Assembly (NCBI GenBank): GCA_029856365.1
Contig: JAHQWW010000076.1
Coordinates: 1-18,523, forward strand
Direction of reading: 5' to 3'
Length of the DNA stretch: 18,523 nt
Source of the DNA: Candidatus Hodarchaeota archaeon
GTDB lineage: Archaea > Asgardarchaeota > Heimdallarchaeia > Hodarchaeales > Hodarchaeaceae
A program made the position numbers and the translations under genes. The notes beneath the pieces were generated by a model. It saw nothing but the letters and a program-made list of their open reading frames with translations. It was not told the DNA's origin and made no database searches. Position 1 is the first letter of the stretch, and each line of letters opens with the position of its first letter. This document shows positions 17,339 through 18,523 of this stretch, piece after piece.

Positions 17339-18523
17339 CTTGGTTTGAATGATGTTTCTATTAAAGGCTTGATAAAGAAATCTAAAAACGAACGTTTTGC
17401 GTGGGATGCGTATAGAAGATTTATTCAGATGTTCGGAGATGTAGTTATGGGGATCGGAGATGAAAAATTCGAGCGAATATTAAACAAATATAAGCGAGCG
17501 ATTGGGCGAAATGCTCAGGATACAGATCTCCAAGTTACAGATCTACAAAAAGTTATTGCTGACTATAAAGCATTGTATGAAAAAGAAATTGGATCTCCTT
17601 TTCCTCAAGATCCTATAAAACAATTATTTTTAGCGATTGAAGCAGTTTTTAAATCTTGGAATAATAGGAGAGCCATTACTTATAGGAAGATTAACAATAT
17701 TCCTGATTTTGGGACTGCTGTAAATATTCAGGCGATGGTTTTTGGAAATAAAGGTTGGAATTCTGCTACAGGGGTTGCTTTTATTCGAGATCCTTCAACT
17801 GGAGAGAATATAAAATTTGGAGAATAATTAACAAATGCTCAAGGAGAGGATGTTGTAGCGGGAATAAGAACTCCTAAAAAATTAGTTGAATTAAAGGATG
17901 AATTTCCCAAGATATATAACCAATTACTTAATACAATGGAAAAATTAGAAAAACATTATAGAGATATGCAAGATATCGAATTTACAATTGAAGATGGGAA
18001 ATTAAATATATTACAAACGCGAAATGGGAAAAGAACACCATCAGCAGCAGTCAAAATCGCTGTTGATATGGTTAAAGAAGGGTTAATTACAAAAGAAGAG
18101 GCAATAATGAGCATTGATCCAAATAAGGTTGCTAAATTATTATTTAAAAGTATTGATGAGAATTCCATTGTTCATGTTTTAGCTCATGGAATTAATGCCT
18201 CTCCCGGAGCAGTTTCTGGAAAAGCTATTTTTGACTCTGATAGAGCAGAGGAATTAGCAAATCAAGGTCAACAAGATATAATCCTAGTACGCCCACAGAC
18301 AAAACCCGAAGATGTACATGGGCTTTATGCCGCTAGTGGTGTATTAACTCAATTTGGAGGAAAAACATCACATGCCGCAGTAGTTGCCAGAGGAATGGGT
18401 AAACCTGCTGTCGTAGGAGCTCAAGATGTTGAAATTGATGAAGAAAATAGGGAATTCAGAGTTGCTGAAATGGTTGTTAGTGAAGGTGATTGGATAACAA
18501 TTGACGGTACGACTGGTAGAATT
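17339..18523 (+). pseudogene. ppdK: Pyruvate phosphate dikinase, lacking roughly the first 100 residues, with in-frame TAA at 17825-17827; runs off window end
   Basis: LGLND, RFAWDAYRRFIQMFGDVV, GTAVNIQAMVFGN, GE*LTNAQGEDVVAGIRTP, DMQDIEFTIE, LQTRNGKRT, phospho-His motif GGKTSHAAVVARGMGKP (His 18371-18373), all in one frame. Confidence 0.93.

Noticed and set aside
14805-17827. Stop-codon reassignment (alternative genetic code)
   Set aside because: TAA and TGA terminate many intact genes in the window, both codon types are involved, and expected residues differ between sites (aromatic in ppdK, Trp-like in DUF2804).
1870-18168. Short overlapping ORFs in the track (e.g. 1870, 2160, 2519, 3452, 3893, 4926, 5416, 8959, 9719, 10483, 11888, 12829, 12986, 13184, 15602, 15823, 16545, 17956)
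   Set aside because: Shadow or antisense frames inside well-supported genes, with no motifs of their own.
1-18523. CRISPR array, tRNA/rRNA, transposase or integrase, cobalamin riboswitch before 7715
   Set aside because: No regularly spaced repeats, structured GC-rich RNA, recombinase motifs or B12-box seen by eye.

Overview
AT-rich prokaryotic window with archaeal expression signals (GGTGA/GAGGTG ribosome-binding sites, TATA-like boxes, pyrimidine/oligo-T tracts after stops); an Asgard-type archaeon is plausible but is inference only. Left to right: SAM methyltransferase, an unannotated 57-aa two-helix membrane protein, a stand-alone HHxxxDG condensation/acyltransferase, an ABC-2 exporter (internally duplicated permease + ATPase) divergent from a tandem double-GbsR/MarR regulator, a scar region of gene fragments (truncated PIN domain), a translationally coupled pair encoding an orphan single-chain cobalamin-dependent mutase-like enzyme and a divergent ProC-like reductase (the best candidate for new biochemistry), a NatAB-like ABC exporter, three tandem bacterial-PH-domain membrane protein paralogs headed by an HTH regulator with a palindromic operator, a DUF2804 protein, a hypothetical, and a junction joining two 5'-truncated divergent genes, one being ppdK. 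The last 4 kb carry four in-frame premature stops, indicating local decay or poor consensus rather than recoding. No rRNA, tRNA, CRISPR array or transposase was seen.
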